A DNA stretch of 64,000 nucleotides from Paraspadella gotoi (GCA_051294375.1 CM119271.1:13386473-13450472); one strand, 5' to 3'; shown: positions 38,640 to 52,300, counted from the first letter of the stretch. Notes: generated from the sequence alone by a model not told the origin. Made by a program: numbers and translations.

Positions 38640-41600
38640 GCGGACCGATATGCAGAATTTTTTAATTCCTTTATGGAATACTAATGTCTATATCGGTCCG
38701 CGCTTTCGCCACGATCCCGCCGTCCGCCCCTTTTGTCTCCTACCATGTTTTTCCGTGGCTTGGGCGTGGCTTAGGGAAAGGGGGTTGGGGAGAAGGAGGG
38801 GGGGGGGTTGGGAAGTTTTTCGGTTTAATTCTCGGCGCTAAATCTTTGTTTAACCGGCTTACATTTTTTACGATGTGACGATTCTGTATCGTCCCGTTCT
38901 TACTCTGCCCACTACGCTTTCGCCTCGTTTGACGAGTCTCGAATTCCTTCCATGCTGGTTCGACTCCAGTAGGCGGCCCCCCTCAGATCAGGGCGCCGCC
39001 TCGGACCGTCACAACGGTCTCGCCTCTACCCGACGTCATCGACCCACACAGTGCCGGATCCGGACGCAAGTAACTCCTGCCGATTCGGCGGGAGGAAGGA
39101 GAAGTTTTTGGTCTTCGGAGAACGACGTCGGCGGTTTTTCGACGGCTCCTGTCCTCGAGCAGGTCGACGCCGGGTTCCAGGTTCGTTACGGTGGCGTTTT
39201 TTCCTTGCAGCGTTGGGGAAGGGGCTTCCTCACGGCCCATGGACTGGAACTCCTGGGTTGCCCAGCGATCGGGCAGTAACGCCAACTTGGATCGACGTCG
39301 CTCTCCCCGAGAGTTCACCGCTCCGACGCCCGGACACGTGCCTCTCCGCTCAATTCGAGTCGGCGTTTTCCCCAGGAAATAACGCGCTGCCTCCGCCTCC
39401 CTTTCACGTGCGATGGCAGGAGAACGGCGCTACCCTCGGGCGCATGCCATCCCTTACTTTGCCAATGTGCTGGCAACGGAATCAAGGAGCTCTCCGTTCC
39501 GGCTCGTCAGGAAACTGAGGTTCAGCGCGAGCCGTTGACGCCTCTTGGCCGCCCCGCTTCGCGACGGCGGCTCTTTTTCAAAGCGGCGGTCCCTCAACCT
39601 TTCAGTCGGCGAGATTCGCCGCCAAGTCCTGCGTGGCGCCGCAGGATTTTCCGCGCCACGCTTTCTCGCTCCGCGGCCCAACACGCACCTTCCGCTTTTT
39701 GGTATGCAGAAGCGCAGGTGGAATCGGCGCTCAACTGCGAACGCTTCTACGAAACGTCGCTGCGCCAAACCCGGCTGCCGACAATGCGCCTGCGTTCCGC
39801 CGAAGTCTTCCTCAAGCGCAAGTGGACCCAATGAGTCCTGTTCCCCAAACGTCGGGAGTCGGGAAGGGGCGGGAAACTCGTCCCGGCGGAATGACTTCGA
39901 AACGCCTCCCTCGCGTCCGCCCGCCTCGTGCCGACGCCCAGGTTTTAGGCTGGAACCGCCCATGGACTCGATCCCCTCGACACGGACTTTTCCACGCCGA
40001 CGCTTCTTCCGGAAGCCCCCGTCGGAGGTCGGCTTCGTCTCTTTCAAAGGAGGAACGCTCGTCTGGCGAGACGTCGCCCATTCTGATAGCTTCTCTGGGA
40101 ATGCATCTCGAGGGGGCGAAGCAGTTTCCAGCACGCTCCGTCTCCCTCAGGACGAGACAAAACATCTTGGGGACCGAAGACGCCCTTGGTCGACGCGGAG
40201 ATTGCGGCGGCTTTGGAAAGAACGCCCTTCGAGGTTAGTCCCCCGGTTTTCTCGGGCTTCTTTTCCAAGCTTTCCTCCGTTACGAGTAAGATGGAGGCTG
40301 GCGCCCGATTTTGAACTTTAAAAAAGCTCTATTCTCGTTCCTTGCCGCCTTACAATTCCGGATGGAAGGAGGCCCCGGACGTTCGAAGATGTTTCGACGA
40401 GCGCGATTGGGGTGCCTCGCATAGACCTTCGAGATGCTTATCTCCATCTTCCCGATCCACGGAGGATCATCGGAATTTTGGCCCGCTTCCATTTGGAAGG
40501 GCCGCATCTTCAGAGTCCCTTCATTCGGGCCTGTCGACATGCCCTTTGGCTTTCACGCAAGTCGACGAGACCTTAAGTGGCAGGTGCTCCCGCCAACAGG
40601 GATTCGATGCTCTTTATTTAGTCGACATCTTGATCCTGGATCTTCGGGGCGACCGATGTCGACGAGCCACTCGAAGGCCGGGTGTGGCTACTCAAGGGAG
40701 GCGGGTCCATCATCCACTTCAAGGTAAGCCTGCCCCATCTCAGAGATTCGATCTCCTCGGTTCGTTAGGACAGCCTCTCCCATTCACTCGCGCTCCCGAG
40801 ACGAAGTCTTCGACTCTTCGCGCTCTGCTGCAGAGAAATCTTCGGTCAACGACCGCACCACGGGCCGTCAGTGCCCTTCAGCCTTCTAGGCCTTTCGACG
40901 GCGCGTCTTGGCAGTTTCGCTGCTGCGTTGCCGGTCTTCGAGGATTCACCGAGACGTCAATCGCGTCTACAAGGTCCGGAAGAAGGCATCTCGACCGCGT
41001 CGTTCCTCTCCACTCGCCGGCGATGGAGGAGCTGCGGTGGATCGACAGCCGCTTTCCTCCAGACCAGTGCTTCGCTCCGATCGACGACCTCCCCGGAGGT
41101 CTGCACGCTGGAGGTGACGACGGATGCTTCGTCGCAGGGATGAAGTTCTCTTCGCTTCAGGACCAGCTGTTCGAGGGAAACCTGGTCGTCTGCGGCTCAC
41201 TCTTCCTTTTCAATGTGACGGATGTTCCACAATTCTGAGGATCTTCCTCCAACGATCGGAGCTTCCGTCCCGGCAGCGTCAGTCCTTTGGAAGACGGACA
41301 GCCTCGTCTCATCTGCCTTCGTCGGGGTCGCAAGCAGGTCGCAGGCTCCCCACAAGTAGTTCTGGGAGACACTTCTCCTTACGCTCCTACCTGAAGGGTC
41401 CAGGTTCAGGAGTCCTCTCTCTTCGAAGAAGTTTCTCATCACGGCCTGCGGCGTCGGGGCCGCAAGGTGGCGGACTGGAAAACGCCTTCCGAGGGTTCCC
41501 CATCAGAATGGTCGACATTTCGGGTCTCTCAGCTTCGATCTTTTCGCGACTCCCCGGTCGGCTTAAAGTTCCCGTTTTTTTCGCCTGGAAGGGCGCACGC

Positions 41601-42440
41601 TGGAGGCGGAGGGGATAGTACGCCTTGGCGCAACACTGGGTCTTCGACCTGACCTATCTCCTTCTCCCCCTCTCTGCTGTGAGGTGGTCCGCAATACAAG
41701 TTGGAGAAGGCGAGGGCAACCTTTTTCCTGATGCACTCCCTTTTGCCGGCTCAGAGTGGGTTCCAGACCCCCCCTTTTTTCCTTCGGATTCCTGGACGCG
41801 AGGCGCTTTTCCGGCGCCGAACTATCCTCGTCGTCGACTTTGTTCCGGCTTCCGCCTCCGCAAGAGACTCGCTTCTCTGCTCGTCGTCTGGAGGTTTTTT
41901 AAGGCGGTGCCAAACAATCTCTCCGACATGACGACTCCTCCTTCTCCGTCCGTCCGACGACAACTGGAGAGGCTCTACCAGAGAGCACCTACGCCAGAGC
42001 TTGGAGCTCATTCCTGCGCCTTCCTTCAGGATGGGAGAGGTTCGAGGATCTCAAAGCCTCTCTAGAGGAGGTTCTAACTACGATCTCCGGTTTTCTGTGC
42101 GAGAAAGGGTCCTCGTACAGCAACGATCAACCTTCACAGATCGGCCATCTCAGCTTCTCTTTCCCCCTGGCGGGAGCGCCGGTTGGAGAAGCATCTTTGG
42201 TCCGGCGCCTTCCTCAAGGAGCTTAATCGTAGAGGACGCCCTCCCTCACGAAGTCGGATTTTCCCCACGTGGAATGACGGCCTTCGGTTTACGCATTCTC
42301 GAGCGAGCCACAGACCGACTATTTCACACGAATGAAGCGGCCAGAAAGGGACGTCATTTTCACGACGCTCGCACTCGTTAGTTCCTTGTTCCACTAACGT
42401 TTAACGCGTCCAGCTCCCGAGAACACTGGGCAACGCTTAG
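38640..42440 (-). mobile_element. Degenerate or error-rich R2-group-like non-LTR retrotransposon: 5' part and RT, 3' end not seen
   Basis: GC-rich block. Ordered minus-strand remnants: KVYARHPNRARRNIFE (~40430-40383, pre-RT basic motif), FGPQD (cf. PGPD), GLPEEASAWKSP (cf. GDPxxxxNWRPI), GAEN, LSFL..LDSV (~39520-39474), GVP..PSPTL (~39255-39208), WVDD (39046-39035), GIR..NEAK (~38945-38918). Confidence 0.6.
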
Positions 42441-42487
42441 CAGAGATCAGATGTTACCGTCTTGCCATTCAAAGCGAATTTTGGGAC

Positions 42488-44252
42488 GGAAGGAGAGGAA
42501 AAGAGACTAAAGGGCAGGTGAGAAAAGTGATATGGTGATGCGGAAAGAAGGTGAAAAAAAAGAACAGGAGCGGGGAAAGTGAAGAACCGAAGAGAGGAAG
42601 GAAGGAGAAATGAAAATGGTAAAAGAGGAAAGGAAAGTTGAGAAATGTAAAGAAAAGAGGAAAAGAAAGGGAGAAATGTAAAAAAAATAGGAAGGGAGAA
42701 ATGAAAGAAGGCAGGAAAAGGAGAGCGAGAATGTGAAAAAGAAAGAGGAAAGGAAAGAGGAATAGAAAAAAAAGAGGACAAGTGGAAGGGGAGAAATTGA
42801 CACAAAGAAAGGAGGAGGATAAGGGAGAAAGAAAAAAGAGACGAGAAGAAAAAGGAAGTCTGACGAAATGAAAAAAGAAAGACTGAAAGGAAAGAGAGAA
42901 ATGGATAGACGGAACAGCGAGGAAAGTGAGAGGGAGAACAGAAGACAGGAAAGGCAGGAAAGCGGCGGAGAAAACTAAAAAGGAAAGGAGGAAAGGAAGG
43001 GAGAGAAGTGAATGAAGAAAAAGAGGAAAGGAAAGGGAGAAAAGAAAAGAAAGGAGGAAGGAAAGAGAGAATGAAAAGAATAGAGGAAGGAAAGGGAGAA
43101 ATGAACAAAGAGAAGGAGGAAAGTAAGGATATAGGTAAATATCCCAATTCCAGCGCATAATTTCAGAACGGATAATAGAATCAACGTTCGTGATGATAAC
43201 AACTTTTTTTTTGACTTTTATTTTTCAAATGAAATCGTTAAAACTTAATATTTCCACGAATTTTTCTTCTTTTCTCTTTTTCTCTCGTCGATTAGCATTC
43301 AGATCAAGAGATGAGGAAAGAGGAGAGGAGGAAGAGAGGAGGAGGCAGATGAGGAGGGGGAGGAGAGGGAAGGGGATAGAAGAGGGTCTGCCTGAGGGGG
43401 TTTTTTTTCAATTCGAGAAGGTCTCCCTTATATCAGTCTGTCTGTCCGTCATACCGTCCGTCGTTTCAAACGAGAAAAATTTCATTCTTCTCTTCTCTTT
43501 CTCTGCTCTCTCTCTCTTCTCTCTATCTTCCTTCTCTCCTCTTCTCTCTCTCTCAGTGTACTCTTCTCACGTCTCTCTCTTCTCTCGTCTCGATCAATCA
43601 TTCGAACTTGATTAACTAAATCTCCAATCCCATTTACCAATCAGTGATTGTCGGTCATATTATGTAGGCTTCCAATCTTAACAACCTATTGAATTGAGAG
43701 AAAACAATAGTTTATAGCGACGTAAGTTAAATATTCAATTTAATTCTCACTTTTTTATTATAAACATTCCTATTATCCAATCATATAAAAAGCTTCCGAC
43801 TTAATCAACTTTATATTTTACATCCATTAATTGATCAATCTAATATAATATAATCACAGTCATTTATGAGTCAATGCATCCAATATCCAGATAAACATCC
43901 ACCAATCACAGTATAAGGCAATCATAATCAGTCTATCATCTGATTATGTTCCATTGACCAATAACCGAATCATTCAATTATCTATAATTCTATATGAATC
44001 AATCAATAATAAAATCAGCCTATCATCCAATGATTCCTTAACCAATTGTCTTTAAATTATGCCACAATCAAATCATAATGAACAATCATTTATCAGCCCA
44101 TCATCTAACCATGTCTATTAACCATATCAGCGCAATTCACCCATCATCCGAATCCAACCTCTCGCCGAATTCGAGCGCGTATGATAATGAAGGTTCGCGC
44201 GTCACATTAAAATGAGGAGAGGGACTAGGAGAGAGAGAGAGAGAGAGAGGAG

Positions 44253-44283
<31 letters not shown>

Positions 44284-45763
44284 CAGAGAGACAGGAGAGA
44301 GAGAGAGAGAGAGAGATGAGAGGAGAGACAGGCGAAGAGAAGAGAGAGGGGGAGGGAGAGAGAGACTGCCCCAATTTCTAGGTAGAGGGGGAATGATCGG
44401 GTACGTGACGAATAACTTAGCTGGTTAACCGGACCGAGTGGCGTAAGTTCTTTGAGGTGAGTTTCGCGTGCGTGAGTTTGAGTTTTTTATGGATGCGAGT
44501 CGGTGATTGGTCGGATGGCATGACGACGAACGGAACCAATTTGATATCATTCGATGAAACTGAGCTGCTGATTTTCCATTCTTCGATTTAAACGAAAGAA
44601 GAAGAGATAACAATGAAGAAATAATCGGCAAAATGAATAAAACCGATCCCGAATGTTTTGAATGCCTATATTTTTCCAAAAGAAGCTCATTTCGATTTAA
44701 TTCATTAGGTAAGTATTAGGTTTAAATATTTTAAAGTTTAGGGATTAAGTTAGAGAATAGGGTTTGAGATTTGGTTTAAAGCATAGGTTACTGGGGTTTA
44801 CAAAGAGGATATAAGTTTAGTAATTAGAGTTAAGATATAATAATTAATAATATAATATCATAATATAATAATCCGTGGAACCTATTTTAGTCAGAGATCA
44901 TATTAAATATTAAGATTAAAATAAGTTTAGGGGCTGAAAAAAAGGTAAATAAGTGCTTTGTAAAATAGTGCGCGCTAAAACTTTTTTCACTTCTCAGACG
45001 GAGACATTTTCTTTCAAAAAAAGGTCATACATTTAAAAATGGAATCGAAATCGGAGGAGTTTTCGAGCCAAGAAAATGGATCTCGAATCCAACAGACCGA
45101 CAAAAAAACGAAAGAATCCCGCCCGATCGAATGGAATTACTTTTGGCGCCATCGCGTTTCTTTTTTGTGGCAAATAAAGTCTTTTGTAGCAATTCTCATT
45201 TTCTTTTAGTAGCAACTCTCATTTTCTTTTTTGTAGCAATGAAGTCCTTTTGTAAGTTCTAAATCTCATTTCTTTTGTAGCAATGAAATTCCGTTTTTGT
45301 AGCAACTGCGTATTTCTTTTGTGGCAAATAAAAGTCGCTTTGGGTTGTAGAACTCTCTTTTCCGAATGGATATTCTAACTCTTAACCAGATTAATAATGA
45401 AGACCTTTGGTGATTCTTCTTTTTCTCCCGGTGACATAATTAGGTCTTTCACGGAGACTCTGCCCATAATTCAAGAATCTCTTCACGTTTGATTAATCAC
45501 AATCTCTCTCCCTTTCGATTATCATGAATCACTGTCTATTTCTAATCTATCCCAAATAAAAATCTTTCCTTTTTCGGTTTCTTTTGTTTGTCTCTTTATT
45601 TTTTCATTTTTTATCACTTTAATCACTGATTCCTTTTATCAAATCAAAAACAACAAATCTCTCTCCGCCTTCGAATATCGCTTCTTCTTCCACAAATCAA
45701 TCCTAGCCTTCAAATTCTCTTCCGGCGCAAAGATCGACGGAAGAGTGTGGTGAGAGAGAGGAG

Positions 45764-45819
<56 letters not shown>

Positions 45820-45888
45820 GGAGAGAGCCTGGGAGGGAAAAGAGAAGAGAAGCAGGAAGAATATTGCAGAGAGAGAGTTGAGTGAGAG

Positions 45889-45957
<69 letters not shown>

Positions 45958-46080
45958 AACCCGGAAAATCGCGCGGTATGAAATTGAGGAAACTTAGAAG
46001 GTAAGGCGAGAAATACCGACGAGGCGGCCGAACGAATGTAGTTAAAAGCCATAACGTTTGGGTGATGGGAGAGAGAGAGA

Positions 46081-46135
<55 letters not shown>

Positions 46136-48504
46136 AGACGGAAAATATGTGAGAGATTGAATTGGGTTTCTTGAAAGGTGAAAAGGGATGAGAGAGAGAG
46201 AGAGAGAGAGAAAGAGTAGGAGAGAGAGAGCGAGAGGAGAGAGAGAGAGAGAGATCAGACAAGAGAGATTTTGATCGGATTAGGCGCATAAAGCCGAAGC
46301 GTAGAGAAGAGCGAGCGAGTAAGAGAGGGAAAGAAAAGAAAGGTTGAATAGAAAGAGAGGAAAGGAAAGAAGGTTGAAATAGAAAAGAGAGAAGGAAAAG
46401 AAAGGTTTGAAATAGAAAGAGAGGAAGGGAAGAAAGGTTGAAATAGAAAAGAGAGGAAAGGAAAGAAAGGTTGAGTAGAAAAGAGAGGAAGGGAAAGGTT
46501 GAAATAGAAAGGAGGAAAGGAAGAAAGGTTGAAAGTAGAAAAGAAGAGGAAAGGAAAGAAAGGTTAAATAGAAAAGAGAGGAAAGGAAGAAAGGTTGAAA
46601 TAGAAAAGAGAGAAAGGAAAGAAAGGTTTAATAGAAAGAAAGGAAAGGAGAAGCAGGTTGGAATAGAAAGAGAGGAAAGGAAAGAAAGGTTGAAATAGAA
46701 AAAGAGGAAAGGAAAGAAGGTGAAATAGAAGAGGGAAAAGGAAGAAAGGTTGAAATAGAAAAAGAGAGGAAGGAACAGACAGGTTGAAATAGAAACGAAA
46801 AAAAATATAAAAGAGGAAACATAGAAAAGAAAAATCATAGATGTGTTTATATAAATCTGATTTAGTTGAAATCAGGATATGAAATTGGTAACAGCAATAT
46901 AAAATTATCCATTCATTTATAATAGCTTCTTATGCCCTGACTTTGGACAGGCTTTGGTGGTTTAGGCTCATCACTGCTTACAAGATAATGACATAGCAGG
47001 TTCTGCAAGCTTTCAATCAAGACTCTCTAAAGTCCCGTTTTTCAGCTCCAGAGTACCTTGGCTTCCTATCAATGAAGTGGAAATATTTCAAAGAATGTTT
47101 CAATTGTTGAAAAAGACCATCCTTAAGTATTAGATGGGGATCTTATTGTACTCGCATAGCATCAAACTACCAGGAGCTGAATTTTAATGAAATTGGTTCA
47201 ATATCTACATTGAAAGCTAAGTGTAACATAGAAAAGATAAAAAAGAGAACGACGACGACGATAACGAGACGACGTAAGCGACGACGATAACGACTGAGAC
47301 GACGAGATAACGAGAGACGATCGACGAGAAGATATACGACGACGAAGACGACGACCCTGATCTTCTCATAAGACTGTTATTAGCGAATACGGCCAAAAGG
47401 AAAAAACGACATAAAAATAATACGAACACCACCCGCGCGAGATATAAATGAAAAAAAGACTATATAAGGAGAATAGGGAAAGAGAGAGAAAGAGAGAGGA
47501 GAGAGAGAGAGAGAAGAGAGAGAGGAGGAGAGAGGAGGAGCGAGAGAAGGAGAGAAGGAAGAGAAAAGATAAATATTGAAGGAAAAAAATGACGGAGAAA
47601 ATAAAAAAAAGGTGATTTTGTAAAGACGAGATTTTGTAATAATCTTTATATATTCTGCGAAAAGAAATAAAGAAAGAAAATAAAGAAAAAAGAAAACCCA
47701 GAGAACAAGAAAAAACAAAGAAAGAGAGAAAGAAAGAAACTATTTTTCAGAGTAAAAAAAAAAGATGAGGATGAGAAATGAGTTAGTAGACGACGAGACG
47801 ACGAGACGAGCGGCCGAAACGAAGAACAAACGAGGAAGAAGAAAAAAAGGAAAAAGGTTAGAAGGGCAAAGGAAGGAACGGAAAGAGGGGGAGGAGAGAG
47901 GAAAAGGTATAGGTAAAGGTTAGGAGGCAAGGAGAAAAAAAAGAAAGGGAGAAAAGAAGAAGTAGAAAGCAAAAGAAGTGGAAAAGAAGAAAGAGAAAAT
48001 GGGGAGAAGGAGAGAGAGGTTGGAAAAGAAAGAAATAGAGATAGAAAGGTAAGGTTGGAAGGTGGGAGGAGAAGAGAGGGGGAAAAGAGAGGGAAAAGAA
48101 AGGCTAGAGAGAGGAAAGTGAGAACGAGGGAAATTGTGATGATGGGGAAAGAAGGGAGTGAGTGAGTGAGTGAGTGATGGTGAGTGAGTGAGTGAGGGAG
48201 TGAGTTGAATGAGTGAGTGAATGAGTGATGATTAATTGATTTAGTGAAAAACGGGCAATGAAAGAGATTGTTTTTGATTTGTAATGCTCAGTAAATGTGA
48301 CAGTTTTTCAAATGAATGATATCCTAATACACTTCAGCAGTAGATATGCAAATGGTAAAAGAGAGAGATGAGAGAGGAGGAAAGAGGAGAGAGAGAGAGG
48401 CTATGCGATATAGAAGAGAAAAGGGGAGCGAATCTGGGAGGAAAACGAATGGTTCGATGGCGCTCACGGCGGGAGAGAGGATGAGAGCGGAGAGAGAGAT
48501 AGAT

Positions 48505-48539
<35 letters not shown>

Positions 48540-48871
48540 AGAGAGAAGAGAGAGAGGGAGTAGATAATTTGGGTGCAGAAATCGAAGGGGAAAAACGTGA
48601 GGAGTTTTTTGCTCTTTTCCGTGGAAGAAGAAACGCGGGAAACGGAATGGCTAAGGAAATGCAACGGAAGTGGCATAAGGATGCCAACGGAATGGCATAA
48701 GGGCATGAAACTTGGAAATGGAATAGAGATGTAAAGAAGTGGCATAAGGAAATGCAAACCGGAAGTGGCATAGGCATGGTAACTGGGAATAGATAGAGAT
48801 GGGTAAAACGGAAGTGGCTAAAGATGGCTAGGAAGTAGGATAATGGCAATGGCAACGGAGTGAATAAGCTG
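42488..48871 (-). repeat. Right arm of the ~6.4-kb inverted repeat; noisier copy ending at an N gap
   Basis: Reverse complement of 29000-35482 with many 1-bp indels. It has sequence where the left arm has N gaps. Confidence 0.95.
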
Positions 48872-49189
48872 NNNNNNNNNNNNNNNNNNNNNNNNNCTCC
48901 TTTGTAAATGTATTCCTGTTAGATGAGTTCCTGCAAACGTACTATCCTGCCAAATTTTTCCTGTGCAAATTATTCCTGTACAAATTCATTCCTGTGCAAA
49001 TTCATTCCTAGTACAAATTCATTCCTGTGCAAATTCATTCCTGTGCAAATTCATTCCTGTACAAAAATTCATTCCTGTGCAAATCATTCCTGTGCAAATT
49101 CATTCCTGTACAAATTCTTCCATTACAAATGTATTCCTGTTACAAAATTAATTCCTGTGCAAATTATTTCTTTTAAAAATGTATCCTAC

Positions 49190-49552
49190 TGTTGTAACGT
49201 GGTCTTGGCCCTCAAAGATGACGGATAGAGAGCTAGATAATACATAATTGACTAGTCTTAATTTGAAGTTACCTGAAATTATTGTAAGATTGCCAAAGTT
49301 GTATAGAAATAAACAGTGATAAAATATTGCGTCTTATCCCTTGAGATCTAAAATGGAATGTACTAAAATCTCGGCCTCCCCTCGTCTCTCTTCCTTTGTT
49401 TATTCTATTTAGACAAAATGTTTACAAAATAGCGCTGAGTTCCTGGGAATCTATGAAATATTTAAATCTTGGAACTGAGAAAATTTAGAGAGAACAAATT
49501 TGAACGAAAGTTAATTACTAAAATTGGAGCTTAATTAAAATTATTACTAACA
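49190..49552 (-). repeat. 3' LTR
   Basis: TGTTGTAACGTG...ATTACTAACA; matches 55176-55543 with indel-type differences; minus-strand AATAAA at 49399-49404. Confidence 0.92.
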
Positions 49553-49566
49553 TAACTCCCCCCAAA
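49553..49566 (-). promoter_or_regulatory. Polypurine tract
   Basis: Minus strand reads TTTGGGGGGAGTTA directly before the LTR start TGTTAG. Confidence 0.8.
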
Positions 49567-49989
49567 ACAAATTTTAAATGGCAAATAGATGAGTAAAGGC
49601 CTAAATAATTGCAGCTAGCCAAATGATCACATTAAGCAGTAGTACAAATAATCTCAATAGTTATAAACAGTATTACAATTTGATCACATATAGATAAATT
49701 TAAGAAAAGTAAATAATAGGACAAAAAAATTTAATCTGCGCTGCAATCTAATATAAAAAAACGTAAACAAAAACAAAATTGTTTGAAAATAAGTTCGAAA
49801 ACTGCCGGCAAACAGTTCGAGAATAAAATGTTAAATTAATTATATACATATATATTGAAACCAATATGGGTAAACAAACATCAAATAAACATTTCCACGC
49901 AAATTATGGCAGTCAGTTCACGGGCCCCCAAAATCTATTTTTGATCTTATTTTTCATATCTTTCCTTCAAACATCCAAATCAATTTTAA

Positions 49990-51040
49990 TCGATCTCATC
50001 GCCGTCCACAATATTTCGAATATAAAGAACTCATCCTGCTCTTCCTGCCTCCCAACCCGAAAATGTAAGTGTACGGATCAGTCTATCATCCTCTTTAAAG
50101 GTGCGCAAATTATAATTAAGTCATCAATTTCAATAAGGAATAATCGTTTCATAATTTTAATTTAAGTTCAAAAACTACTTGGTCGTCTTGTTGCATTGTC
50201 ATTGTCTGCTGCATTGCTCATTGGCATCGTCGCCCTTCAAAGATCGTCGTTGTGATCGGAGGTTAAGAGAAAGGTGCAAATTAATTCAGTGCCGAAACAT
50301 GCAAAAATCAATTTAAATCGAAATGAAAGAGTGCGAACAGATTCGTGCAAACAGCGTTATTTTGAAGTTAAAAGGCGTGCAAAAATTTCAGGAATTCGGT
50401 CCAGTCAAAGTATCTTTGTCTGTCCCTTACTCTGCTCTATCATTGCACAAGAATAAGAAGCGTCCGTCGCGCCTCAGCGCAAATCGAAAACCAAAATCGC
50501 GGACATCGAAGATCACTCCAAATTTAGGTAAACCCATTCGAATGTTTATTTCAATGTAAACACCCGTTCTTATTTAGGTTCTATAAAAATTCGAATTAAA
50601 TATTAATGAACTAAATAATAATATTCATATTCTAATTTGTTCAAACCATTATCAGGTTGGTTGACTCGATCAAAATTTACATTTCAATAATAAATTCTGT
50701 TTTACAATTCAGTTAAATTAAATTTAACAAAAATCTGGTATTAGTTAAGAAACTTAGCTAGCATATGTATCCTCCAGAAATCGAATAAAACGAGTAGGCG
50801 ACTTCGATCCGGATCTCTCTTTCTCTCTCTCAACTCTTTCTCTCTCTCTCTCTCTTCCGCGCCTTCACGAGTCGTTTACTTCAATCTTTGCTGTAAGATG
50901 CTGAAGTAAAATGATTATCAAATATCGGTTCATACGGTGAAGCATAGTGAAGCAGAGTGGAGATCCTGATTATTATTATTAGTAAGAAAAGAAAATAAAA
51001 TCGTCGGTCGAATTCTATTAAAAATCCAATGCCCGCTAAA
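49990..51040 (-). pseudogene. Reverse transcriptase domain, Gypsy-like, frameshifted and apparently split by introns
   Basis: Ordered remnants: YASP (50946-50935), IRFLED..|..NLNK (50787-50569, interrupted), FDVRDFGF..ALRRDGR (~50511-50460), RYFDW, PEIFAR (50392-50375), HNDDL (50254-50240), LTFSG (~50070). Confidence 0.55.
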
Positions 51041-51309
51041 GAAATTGTTTTCTTCCCTCAGTTCAATCGGAAGTATTTTAGAATATTTACTTCTAAACAA
51101 ATGTAAACCAAATTTTCTCTCTCTCGCCGTATAAAATCAATACGACTTTTGTACAAATAGCCAATTCGATTCCATTCGCTTTTCTGATTTCAATTAAACC
51201 GATTCATCTCATTTGTTCCCATTTTTATCTCGACCACTTCAACTTTATTATTATACTAATGTTCACACGCATTGATAATTAGGATTAATTACTATTAAAT
51301 TTAATAATT

Positions 51310-52300
51310 AACTAGGTTTAGCTTGTTCTTTTGTAAAATTGAGAGCCGCCGACTTATATCTTCTGTAATTTCTTGTCATATCATCGCGAAAGTAAGTCGC
51401 CTGTAAACAAAACAAAAAAAAATGTAATGATCGGTCATACGCGAAGCATTTAGTATAAGATGTTTTCACCGATTCGATTATAGCATATTAATCCCATTAA
51501 TTTTAATAAATGACTTGCCTAGCCCGTTCCCTTGATAAATGAGAACAAATAATTTTTACAAATGGCCAAGTAATATTTCAGTATATCAATAATATTTTTA
51601 CTTTATACATCTCGTTCCCACTCTCTCCAAAACTCATCGCGTGTATTCCGGGTTACCTGGAATGGTCTCTTTCCCGCTACGAGATGCACGGACTCATGTT
51701 TAATGGAGATGTTCGACTTTTCTTCAAAATTGTCGGACCACTTTCGTAAGTCGGGTTCTTTATCTAACCATTTCAAAAATTCGAACAGTCAGATTTGATT
51801 TAATTCGTTCCGAGTACGCGTTGATGTCTACTGACATACGTACTTTGTTGTTACTTGTACTCAACCAGTTTTCTTTAAATAGTTCGATCGATCTTTCGTT
51901 AAGTCAACTCATTTTACCATCGATCGAAACCAATCCCAATCCATGAGATTCAAATATCTTTAAAGGCATGAGCGACATCTTCACCGAAGTAGATTTTATC
52001 GGTATTAAGAAAGATTCTCTACTGTAAGAATATATATTTATACCTTTCGAGTTTGCTATTCGGACCCAGCAAATCGCAAGAAGTATTGTCTCGGTGCAAA
52101 CGGCATTTTATCGATGTGTTTCTCCTTCACGTCGGTTTATGTGTAACTCACACAAATATGACAGTTTCTGATTCGTCCGAATTCGTCGTCGCATTTCAGC
52201 GTAATGTACATTGTCGATATAATTTAAAAACGGTATTTGTAAGTTACAATGCCATAATCGTGTGTACTTTCTCGGCCATTCGATCAGCTGCTTAGTATCG
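51310..52300 (-). pseudogene. Retroviral-type (DDE) integrase domain, frameshifted
   Basis: IRNCHIC zinc-finger half (CHIC 52163-52152), DLLGP (52075-52061) followed by YKYI, FLIPIKSTS..DVAHAF, IFESHG..SIDG, ERI, and GKRPFQ|ATYFRD across a 256-nt GT-AG gap. Confidence 0.8.

Noticed and set aside
29000-48871. Polinton/Maverick or DIRS element with long terminal inverted repeats
   Set aside because: The arms are ordinary microsatellite-rich DNA. The core shows only non-LTR RT remnants, with no polB, capsid, integrase or tyrosine recombinase motifs.
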